Part shown: piece by piece, positions 26,420 through 37,427 of the stretch
How positions within the stretch are numbered: the first letter of the stretch is position 1
How the letters are laid out: each line of letters begins with the position of its first letter
Assembly: GCF_006345805.1 (NCBI RefSeq)
Contig: NC_043014.1
Span: 14,074,001-14,138,000 of the forward strand
Length of the DNA: 64,000 bases
Source: Octopus sinensis
Taxonomy: Eukaryota
Direction: 5' to 3'
Notes under the pieces: model-generated
Told to the model about the DNA's origin: nothing
Databases searched by the model: none
Seen by the model: only the letters and a program-made list of their open reading frames with translations
Position numbers and translations under genes: made by a program

Positions 26420-27089
26420 CAAATTTTGCCAAAAGCTTGGCAGTATCTGCTCAGAGACCTACGTAAAATTTTCAAAAATTTTTCATAATTCTCGACAAAA
26501 TCAAGATCTTGTGCAACTGAAACCCGAGTGTCATTTTGGTCAGCTGAAAGCAGTTTTGGCACAAACTTGCCAGACAAGTGTCTCATACCCAAATCTTCCG
26601 TGACAATGGACTGAACTGAACCATAACTAATCTGCCCATCCTCTGATAACACACAGATGGTGATTTGATGATTTTCCCTCACAACCGCATGCATATCTGT
26701 GATGTTTTTCTCAGTTCTGCTGGTTGCGGATCTCCGAGAATGTTTGCCAATATCGACATTTTTTCAGCCATCTTGGAAAATCTGAACCATTGTATACACT
26801 TGTGTGCAGCTCATACATGCCACTCCATACATTTTCTGTAAGTTTGCGTAGGCCTGAGCAGATATTGCCATGACAACTTTCTCTGTCGTGGTCAATGCAA
26901 CAATCACATGCTACACACCTTCCTTCGAAGCACTATTGTAAACAGCGGAAGTGAGCTAGAATGTTAAAACTGACTCCACATGACATGCACAACAGAGTTC
27001 AAGGTCAATCTGTGCCAAGCAGCTTCACTCACCATGCTTTAGCTTCATTATTATAGCAACAGTCCGGATACTTGTTGATCAGACCTCAC
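26420..27089 (-). mobile_element. Mariner 5' half
   Basis: TIR GAGGTCTGATCAACAAGTATCCGGACT; peptide VRENHQITI..GQISYGSVQSIVTEDLGMRHLSGKFVPKLLS. Confidence 0.8.
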
Positions 27090-27138
27090 ATGTGTGTGTG
27101 TGTATATATATGTGTGTGTGTGTATGTGTATATATATA

Positions 27139-27177
<39 letters not shown>

Positions 27178-29450
27178 GTTTATGTGTGTATTTGTGAGTG
27201 TGTCTGTGTCCTCCCACCATCCGATGATGGTGTGTTTACATCCCTGTAAGTTAGCAGTTTGGCAAAAGAGGACCGACAGAATAAGTACTAGGTTTACAAA
27301 GAATAAGTCCTGGGCTCAATTTGTTTGACTAAAGGTGGTGCTCCTGCATAGCCGCAGTCAAATGATTACAACAAGTACAAAAAAAGAATATTGTTATATG
27401 CATAGCAACCAGTGAGATTTGAATGTTTGATTTTAATACGCTCCAACAGATTCTAACAAATACGCTAATTGCTGTTGGTCTCATCAAAGGAGAACAACTT
27501 ATCCTTTACGACGACTATCTGCTCATAACACACTCAATTCATTAGTACAAGTGATTCTAGGACATTGATGTTGTGTCTTGTCAGCTGGAAATACCCAGAT
27601 CAATGAATCATTAATTCACATGTTGAAACACTGGTCTCCAAGAATTCCTAGTACAATTGAATCAAATGTATTATAAACATATAGACATCATAAAGAAGCT
27701 GTTCTCCTGTGGCAGCCACAACGTTTATCATATTTGCATTCGAATCAACCAGAGCATACAACGAATAGTCATGCAAGTCAGCATTTCAGTTACATTCCTT
27801 TCTTGGGACTGGCATGAAGTTCTCAACTTCTCCATCAATAATGTCCCATTTGAAAAAGTCATTCTTTTACGCTTTTGCTTGTTTCAGTCATTTGACTGGC
27901 CATGCTGGAGCACCACCTTTAGTCGAGCAAATCGACCCCAGGACTTATTCTTTGTAAGCCTAGTACTTATTCTATCGGCTTTCTTTTGCCAAACTGCTAA
28001 GTTTGAGAGGAGTAGTTGGTTGGTTGGCTGGTTGGTTGGTTTGAGTAGTTTGTGAGGATAAGGCGGCGAGCTGGCAGAATCGTTAGCACGACGGGTGAAT
28101 TGCTTTGTGGTATTTTGTCTGCCGCTCTGTTCTGAGTTCAAATTCCGCTGAAGTCGACCTTGCCTTTCATCCTTTCAGGGTCGATAAATTAAGTACCAGT
28201 TACGCACTGAGGTCGATCCAATCGACTAAATCCCTTTGTCTGTCTTTGTTTTTCCCCTCTATGTTTAGCCCCTTGTGGGCAATAAAGAAATAACAAACTT
28301 CTCTCCGAGTTCCTAAGTTAAAAACAATTACTGTTGTTCAGTTTTATTTATTTATTTTATTTTTTGTATTTTTTTCTTATTGAATTTTAAATATTTTAAT
28401 AAATATTCTGATGGTAAATACAAGACATATTGGTGAAAAATCTGTTGGAATTCTGTTTTAAACAACAATGTTCTGTCGCTTTAGAAGACAAAACAGTTTT
28501 GTTCATATTTTAACAAGCAGAAATAATGAGTTCTTTTCTATCACTTGACAGAAATACAGAGTAGAACACTGATGCAAAGACAGACATCACACACACACAC
28601 AAACACACACATAAACATATTTGCAATCACACATGTATTTCCACGGAGAATGAGAGAGGGGGAGTCTGTGAATGTAAGAGACAGAGTAGTGACTAATAGA
28701 GAGTAGTTTGTAACTAAGGAAGAAAGAGTGTGTGAATGTAAGAGGAGAGTATAGTGTGTGAATGAGAGAGTAGGATAGCACAGGCCCCATGACTTTCGGA
28801 AACATTTTTTCATGCTAAGAGTTGCTGAAGCATGGAACAAACTGCCAGCATCAGTTGTTAGTTGTCGGAGCACTGCATCCTTCAAAACTTTCATGCTTCT
28901 TGAGATTCGCCAACACTACAGCTAATTTTCTCCCCTCCATACACACGCAAGCATGTATCTGACTCATACACTGTTCACTTCCCAGACATTTGTACATTAC
29001 TGCATATGCTTTATACGCACTTTTGACAAGTTGTGGGGTACCTGAGCACTGTATACAATAATTTCACTATTATTATTTTTTAAATAAGAGAGAGGGATTG
29101 AAAGTGTGTGAATGTATGTGTGTGTGAGAGAGAGAGAGAGATATCATGTCCAGCTCGGGACAGTGCAGGTAGGCAGAGCTGTTGGAGCTTAAGATGAGAT
29201 AACTTACTGTATCTGTGTTAACACTTTACATTCCGACAGCAACCCCTCTGACAACACCAGTGCCAAGCTATTTACTTGAATTTTTTGTTGAACAAGGTCA
29301 GTGTCATGGAAAGAGTAGGGGACTTGTATGTACAAGCAACTGTTCGTTTCCATTAAAAACAACCCCCCCCCCCTGCTGACCAGGTATTGGGAAAAGAACT
29401 TTTCAATGCTGATCTATGGACTCACAACACATATGAAACTTTGAAATATA

Positions 29451-29644
29451 TGAGGGGGTGCTGAAAAGTTCCTGGCTTTAAGGGTATTATGAAAGGCCTG
29501 GTTGGAGGCCCAACCTGCCAAGTTCTTTTACAGGGCTTAAAAAACTGAAGGGCCACTGCAATAAATGTGTGAATCAGAGGGGAATATGTTGAATAAAATC
29601 ATATTTTTTTTACCCAATGCCCAGAAATTTTCAGCAGCCCCTTG
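29451..29644 (+). mobile_element. Mariner deletion derivative (MITE, ~195 bp)
   Basis: TIRs TGAGGGGGTGCTGAAAAGTTCCTGG / CCAGAAATTTTCAGCAGCCCCTTG with TA flanks; transposase end KCVNQRGEYVE*. Confidence 0.8.
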
Positions 29645-29939
29645 TAAGTCAATTATTTGTTTGGATCTAAAGTTGGTAGTGTCATGTAGCTTCCTGATGT
29701 TGAAAAGGTTCCTCATTGACTCACATTTCCATTTCTATCCGTCTATATAGCAGTATAGTAAAAAAGATGAAAGAAGATATTGGAAAAGATGAGCCAGAAT
29801 GCAACCCATCTATCACCTGTATTTATGATGAAGGGCTTAGATTTCAGCTCTATAACAACCTGAGCCATCATTTTTGTAAATTACTGACTTTGTGGGCAAC
29901 CAAACTTTGAGAATAATCCACAAAAGATCCGTTTATGGT

Positions 29940-31640
29940 TCTAGATGCACAGAGTCACAAGTACAATAAATAGGTCCTGGCATAGCTCTCTCTATTTTTT
30001 CTGAAGACGTCTTGCAAAGATCATATTGCTTGTGCCTCAGTCCATGTCCAAGTTGCATTGTGACACAGACATGATAAGCCTGACAATCAACATCCAGAAA
30101 ATTGAAGTCATCTGCCAATAGCACACTTCATCTCTCTCTCTCTCTTTCTTTCTTTCTTTTTCTTTCTCCCTACTTTCTTAGTGCAATAGCAACAATTAGC
30201 CAGACCCTGCCAATTCAGATTCCCAAGCAGTGTCATTCCCAATGACTGTACACTAGACAAGAAGATTCTAAACTGCAACAAGCCTCTGTGCCTTTTGGGA
30301 GGCTCAACAGTCGAGTTTTATTTGCTTAGCAATCATCTCAGCCTCCATACCAAGAGTTCTTGTCATCATTTAACATCCATGTTCCATGCTGGTATAGGTT
30401 GGATGGTTTGACAGGATATGATGGACCCAAAGACTGGATTGTGCACCAGTGTCTGCTTTGGCATATTTTCCACAGACAGATGCCCTTTCTGGTGTCAACT
30501 ACTTTACAGCATGTACTGGGTTCTTTATTCATGCAACCCACACTACAGATGCTACCCTGCAGCTTGCAAAGGCATCCTGTATATCCATTTTTCTGTACAG
30601 ATGTGGGACATCGACCACATACAATCAGACACAATAACACTATGGAGCTCTTTAACAACCACTGATTCAAGAAGATCCTTTCAATTATCTAGCAAGATAT
30701 GATATTGAACTGTACTACCACTCCATTGGTTATGACAACAAAGGTTCCAATTGACCTGATCGATGGAACATTCTGCTTGTGAAATTAATGTGCTAGTGTC
30801 TGAGCACTCCATAGACATATATACCCTTAAAGGGTATACATGTTCTCTAAACAGGCCAAACAACATTATTATAACACAGGAAATTTCAAATAGTTAACAA
30901 CATATCCGACATCCATTTAAAGCAGTGATTCCCAAACTTTTCAGGCTGCTGCCCCCTTTAAGGGAGATCCAGCATGATACAGATTGTGACAAAGCCAGCC
31001 CTTAGATATACAGGTATAACTAATTTTTGTCGGCTGAGTGGACTGGAGTAAGGCATTTTACTTCATGTTGCTCCAGTCCCCTGAACAAGATATGATAAGC
31101 CTACAGAAATTTATCAGAATCAGCAATGAATCCAAACGATACAAGGCACCAGCTGAGATGGCATGGACATGAAGTACCTATGTGTGACTAATCTCTTCCT
31201 CACAGGATACCTTATATTTAGTTGCACCAAGGAAATGCCAGGTAGTGTGAAGCAATGAGGAGAATGAAAGAGCAGCTGTAAGACCACTCTGAAGAGAAAC
31301 AACATCAACTCTTTAAGAGTGGGAGATATTGCTACCTGCCGTTGACAATATTGAAGAGGATTGAAGATAATGAGTTGGAAAGGTTCCCCATTGACTCCCA
31401 CTTCCCTTTGCATCCTTCTGTACAGCAGAGAGATAACATGAATAAAAAATATATTGGAACCAGATGAGCCAGAATACAACCAAGTCTACCTCCTTTCTAT
31501 TTATGATGTGCTACAAGGAGAAGCAAGAAAAGAATCAAGCATGCAGGGTGGCACCTGACTCCCTTCAAATCAAACATTTACATGTCCCACCTATGACCAA
31601 AGCTGTACACAACAAAGAAACTGGGGTGCACAGTCATGAA
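29940..31640 (+). mobile_element. Fragmented old RTE (BovB-like) LINE interrupted by younger insertions
   Basis: ISLTINIQKIEVI and QLRWHGHEVPM remnants. Confidence 0.5.
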
Positions 31641-32360
31641 ATTATCCACAAATAAAAGATGCAATGGTCACCATCAGATTCAATGGACACCTATAAGTAC
31701 ATTATATCATCATCATCATCATCATCATCATCTTCATCATCATCATTTTGTGTCTGCTTTCCATGCTGGCAATGGTTAGACAGTTTGTCTGGAACTGGTA
31801 AGCTGGAGAGCTGCACCAGGTTCCAATCTTTCATGGTTTCTACAACTAAATGCCCTTCCTAATGCCATTCACTCCAAGAGTGTAATGTATGTATATAAAT
31901 ATATGTCTACAGAGTACTTCCATAGCATCAGTACCAGCATCCATTCGGTCAAGTTTAGTTATAACAGCCAAAGTAAATTGACCTTCAGGATCAACTTCAT
32001 AAATTGTAGGAAGTTAGATTTAGAGAATCCGGTAAAACTCATGGTAAGCACTCCAGCTGAGTAACGAGCTATCAGGTCACACAGTAATTAAATTACAATG
32101 TAATCTAATATGACTAAGTATCTGGAAATCCAGGATTCACAAATGGTAATATTTCCACTGTTGTGGAGAGTATATATGTAAAGAGAGAAAGGAGGAGGGG
32201 AGAGCAGTGAAATAAGTATACAAAGGGATTAGTTCCTTCCCCCCTACCTTATTTGACTATTCCCCTAATCATCCGCAGAGTTCCCTAAACAGGCCAAACA
32301 ACATTATTATAACACAGGAAATTTCAAATAGTTAACAACATATCCGACATCCATTTAAAG

Positions 32361-35300
32361 CAGTGGTTCCCAAACTTTTGCAGGCTGCTGCCCCTTTGAC
32401 ACTGAGGCAACATTCCTAGCGCCCCTGCCCAAACTAACCATCACAAACATAGACCTCTTTCTGAAGCAAATTCAAAGCAACTGTATTTCTCAAGTAAAAC
32501 CTAATGAACCCATTATTTTGCTCTTTTTACATGAATCGCCACCCTAATATCACCCCAATTTTTACATGAATTGCTACCCCATCATCGCCCCAATTGTCTT
32601 CGTATAATCATGTCCAATTTCACTAACGCCACCTTAGCGGGTATCACCTGTGTCAGGCTGTAGAACAGACTAGGCAGGTAATATTGTTGTAACATCAGAA
32701 GCTTCTGACGGGGCTTTAACGGTGTCCGGCATAGTTCATTTATGCATCGCGTTATGTCTTCATCTGATGTTTCTCTATTCTGCGTCGACCAGGGCCAAAC
32801 CCTAATCCCTAAGTATGGCACGCTTTCATCCGGCTCAACTCGTGGCAATGGGCATCCATCGAGCATCGGCGGCGATGATACATTGACAAGAAAAGATTTT
32901 CCCCAGTTCCGAATGGAGAACCACGCGCACTTGGAAACGTTAATGGAGAGCCCCATCGCTTGGTAGAACTCCAAACACCGATCTAAGAGGCACTGTAGAC
33001 CCCGGCTAGAGCCGGAGACTAGCACTAAGTCATCCGCGTATGCGAGGCCCGCCACAATCGCACCTCCGACCGGCAGACCCATATTTGCGGGCAGGATGTC
33101 CAGCAGTGGATCTGTAGCGATGTTAAAAAGGAGCGGTGATAGGGCGTCTCCTTGTCGGACACCGCGCTTTATCTCGATGGGCGTGCTACTCTCGGTCCCT
33201 ATCATGAAGGTAGTAGTACAGCCCTTGTATAGCTGTCCTACTAATCGAATCAGGTGGTAGCCGAGCCTCCTCATGCCTGCAAAAACGAGGGAATGCGAGA
33301 CAGTATCGAACGCTTTGGCTAGGTCGAAGAAGGCTATTTCTAGCCCCGGGAATTTCGGTCTAGAGTGCGTTGCCCCTCGGGCGCAGTACAGTAGCTGGCG
33401 GAGCAGAAAGGTATTCTCGGCGCATCCGTCGGCCTTGATGAAACCGCGCTGGGCGGGGTTGAGGGGCGTGGCCCTGAGCATCCTGGCGGCAAGCATCTTA
33501 GTGTATAAGTGATACACCGCGGAGCAGATCGTAAGGGGCCGCCAGTTGGACAGGTCATTCGGGCTTCCTACCTTTTTGCGAAGGAGGATCGACCTGCCAC
33601 GCAACAGAACCTTCGGAACGCATCCTGTTAGTAGTAGGCAGTTAAATATGTTGGCGAGGACCGCAGGGTCAACTGCCCTGACCTCTCGAGGTGTCAGGCC
33701 ATCGGGGCCGGCGGCGGAGGCCGGATTCATGCTTCTACGGGCGATCTTGATCTCCTCTACGGTAAATGGACGCAAAAGCGGAGCGTTGTCAACCCCCGAG
33801 GAGGCCAGATAGGCGCTTAGATCGACCTCTGGCCCCAGTCAAGAGAGCCTGTCCCGGTAGAGTGATTCAATTTCGCTCATCGGGACAGGGCATTCGCTCT
33901 CCGAATCCTCACCCAGTATTGCCGCCATAAGTTTTCTCCGGTTTCGAGCGAACAATCGCTGGAATCGCGCATAACGTACTTTCGCACGTCGTTTTGATGG
34001 TCCTGGTCCAGGCCCAGTTCCAGGGGCTCTACTCTTAGGCCTCTTACGAGCGCCCACTCGTCGCAATGCCATGTGGCCCACCCATTCCTCAATACAACTC
34101 TCGAACTCATTCCACTTCACATCCACACAATCCTCGCTGAGTGCCAAGAGGCAATCTGCAAAGGACTACGCCCAGCTGGTGTGTCCTGGTGATGCAGCTC
34201 CACTGAACGGCTCCCGCCAGTCCGAGACTTCGGGCTGTGCCGTAACCCTCGTAGCCGGTGTACTTTGTGCAGCTACAGGTACCTGTGGATTCTTCCTACG
34301 TTCACGGTGGCGAAGATCAGCACGCTTGTCGCTGATCTGTTTCGCCGTCTTATTCGGCAGCAAGGGAGCCACCGCCATGTTGATCTTTTTGCACCCAACC
34401 TCGAGCAACTCTTTCTCTTTCGCCAGGAGGACTTCGACTTCCTCCTCCGTCCAGCAACCTCACGATGCCCGGCCCGTAGCCCGTGCGAGTTGAGCGCGCT
34501 CTTCCTTCTTGCGCGCTATTTCTTCTCTGTGAAGTTCAATCCTGCACCTGTTGGCATGCACAGGATGCCGGTGCCTAAGATGCTGCGACAGTCCCGAGGG
34601 TGTTTGGAAGGACCGGCTACACCAGTCGCACTTGTGAGGCAGTTGCAGAGAGTCCAGTGCCATTGGAACAGCGTTCCCCCTGCACTTCGCTACGTGACAC
34701 CTAACTGAGTGGAGGTGGCCGCTTTCATGGCCGCAGCGACTACATCTGTAAACAGGCTTACGGTTATGCCTGTTAAGCACGTGAAGCCCCCATTCAATGG
34801 GGCTAGAGAAGTGACGAGGGCAAAGCGGGCACACTACGGAGATCGATGCACATGGAATCCCCAAGGCGAATGCCTCAGCCGATGGTTGGCAGGCCAGGTC
34901 ACCATCAATAGCCTCCTCCGCGGGCGATCCGTCCTTGGAGATGCGAGGGGGAACGGATAGGCGAAAGCTGGTGAGAGCGTCATGGTCCGCCGCGAGTTGC
35001 TCGCCATGGAGAACCAACGTGTGGAGCGCGCATTCGAGGAAAAAGCGGCTTGGTTTATCCCTAAAAACGGTAAGTGACCAGATGCCACTTTCGGCTGACA
35101 AAGTCAGGGGGTCTACTTGATCACATCAAGGAGGGCGAGACCTCGCACCCGCCTTGGGGGGAAGTAGCACTTCGCCACGGCGTGGGCGAATCCCACGTCG
35201 CAGCTGACCCTGAGGCCCTTCCCGGGACCTCGAGGCCATCAGTTTACCGGCGCCTGGCTGCCGTATGAGAATATCGTTTGGTTCTAACATCATGGGTTTT

Positions 35301-35442
35301 CGGCAGTTTTCTCCATGAGTCCGAACCGATATTCCAGACAGACACTAGTACACCCCAACCCCCAACGCACGCAGGGGCTGCCCCACCTTTGGAATTTTTC
35401 ACTGCCCTCAGAGGGCAATGCCACCCACTTTGGGAATCACTG
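32361..35442. mobile_element. hAT (Charlie-like) termini enclosing an R2-like retrotransposon fragment
   Basis: Left CAGTGGTTCCCAAAC at 32361; right CTTTGGGAATCACTG ending at 35442; flanks ATTTAAAG / GTTTAAAG (7/8 identical). Confidence 0.65.
32582..35101 (-). pseudogene. R2-like non-LTR retrotransposon ORF (CCHH-CCHC-CCHH zinc fingers, Myb domain, RT), 3'-truncated before the restriction-like endonuclease
   Basis: ORFs 34460..35101, 34166..34408, 33839..34147 and 32582..33775 share one frame, separated by three stops. Motifs: CPLCPRHF..HVLNRH, CSRC..H..C, CDWCSRSFQTPSGLSQHLRHRH, WTEEEVEVLL..INMAVA..LPNKTAKQISDKR, RYARFQRLF, SAAGPDGLT, WRPLTI, QRGF, DLAKAFDTVSH, GVRQGDALSP, YADD, YLG. Confidence 0.88.
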
Positions 35443-35554
35443 GTTTAAAGAATGCATTTACACTTCTAACAAGAGCCCCAAAAACACTTCTTAATTGTTG
35501 GAGCAAAATAGTTGAGGATCTGAAGTGTCCTCTGATTGGCAACCAAGGAACAGG

Positions 35555-35594
<40 letters not shown>

Positions 35595-35634
35595 AGTAAA
35601 TGGTGGGGTTGTGTTAACCGCACGTGGAGAAATG

Positions 35635-36087
35635 ATAGGAGAGGAAAAAATAAGGCAGAATGCTAAATTGAAAGTAAATTTTAATAAAAATGAGTGTATG
35701 AAAAATTAAAAAAGAAAAAAGAAATCTAACTGGCTTTCATTGCAAGGCAAATTTTCAAGATTTGGAAGGGGAAAAAAAAAATTTACAATGTTCTTTTCAA
35801 ATAAATAACAATACATATAAACAAAAATTAATAAATACGTATACCAATACATTGTAGTGTCTTTTTGTTTATATGTATTATTATTTTTTTGAAAAAACAT
35901 TGTAAATATCTTTTTTCCCCTTCCTCAATTTAAAAAAAATTTTTCCCCTTCCAAATCTTGAAAATTTGCCTTGAAATGAAAGCCGGTTAGATTTCTTTTT
36001 TCTTTTTTAATTTTTCATACACCCATTTTTGTTAAAATTTACTTTCAATTTAGCATTCTGCCTTATTATTATTTTTTCCTCTCCTAT
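35635..36087. repeat. AT-rich foldback (palindromic MITE-like) element just downstream of the ZNF341 stop codon
   Basis: ATAGGAGAGGAAAAAATAAGGCAGAATGCTAAATTG... mirrored by ...CAATTTAGCATTCTGCCTTA..TTTTTTCCTCTCCTAT; arms ~200 bp. Confidence 0.85.
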
Positions 36088-36348
36088 ATAAATATATGAG
36101 ATATATATATATATATATATATATATCAAGTCTACTTTGAATGTATTTCACATAAAAAAAGCATAGATACATTAACATGGTGTAGAAAGTTTCTTAACCA
36201 TTTGTTATTAAGAAAGCATGGCAGTATGATATGAAACGTTTTTCTTTTGATCCAAGTAGATAACAAGAACAAAACAGAGAGAGAGAGATACAGGGACATA
36301 GCAGAAAATAAAATCCTGAGGCATTGGTTTCCAATAGGTTGCCAATTA

Positions 36349-37427
36349 TCACATGACAGCATCTGTGTCTTTAAGCAGACTTTCGGTACCAAACTCTGCC
36401 AAGGTAGCAGAATGGGTGAACGTTTGTTGAGCATCTGTTGGCAGAGTTGCAGCTTGTATGGCAGGAGTGTCGGCCACTGCAGGTAATGCCACAGTTACTG
36501 GCTGTGCTTCAATAATGGTGATGGGTTGCAATGCCGATGTGTTAGCCGGCATCACAGAAGCTGCGGATGGGTACGCCGGGATGAGTTGGGCATGGATGGT
36601 AGTGCCATGCGAGTCTGTAGATTCTGTGAAGTGCACAACGTAATGGTCAATCACTGCATCTGTAGCTTTGGCCGACAGCTCGTTACCATTTACATTGACA
36701 TTTATGTTACCTGAACTGTCTATGGAGGTAGCAGTTGGAATGAGCTGCTGGAGAGAGGTGTCAGAAGATGGCTGGTGAACAGTAGCTGCCTGAGCTAAGA
36801 CTTGAGCCCCAGAAAGAGCAGTGGCCGTAACGGTTGTAGGATTAGTCTGTATGTCCAGTGCACCGGTCTTGTCAGAAATCCCATTCATGGCAGACGACGT
36901 GTCTAATACAATGGGTTCTGAATTCGGCAGTGTGTTGTTGTTGTTGTTGTTGTTGTTGCTGTTATTGTTGTTGGTAGTGTGATTGAATGCAACCTGCTGT
37001 ACTATGCTGTTTTCAGTAGGCCGAGTGGTCACCCCTGATGTTGCGTTGCTTCGAGGGCGTCCACGTCTCTTCGGAGCCACTCCTTTCCCACTGTTTTCCT
37101 TGTTCAATGACTCGGAGGTCACAGTGATCATGCGTTTGCGAGGTCGACCCAGTTTCCGTCGGTTACGTGGCCGGAATATTTGTGGATCTGCTCCCAACTT
37201 CACCGGATGGCATTTGTGGTCGTGGAAAAGTTTGGGCCTGAAAAACCCACGACCACATTTCTGGCACTGGAATCTGTAATCTGCTTTGTGTCCCCTTTCG
37301 TGTTCCACCAAGTGAGGACGACGACTGAACCCTTTGCCACATTCCTTACATTTAAATGGTTTCACTCCACTATGAGTAATGATGTGGGCTTTCAGCTTAT
37401 CTGGTCTGTTAAACTCTTTTGTACAAC
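36349..37427 (-). CDS. ZNF341: ZNF341 last coding exon: final C2H2 fingers, two AT-hook-like motifs, low-complexity tail, TGA stop
   Basis: Acceptor tttctttgcAG at 37428-37429; ORF 36349..37458. Confidence 0.92.

Noticed and set aside
35100-35400. 28S rRNA target remnant or HDV-like ribozyme at the R2-like 5' end
   Set aside because: No 28S target motif is visible and I could not build a convincing nested double pseudoknot by eye; left as a computational check.
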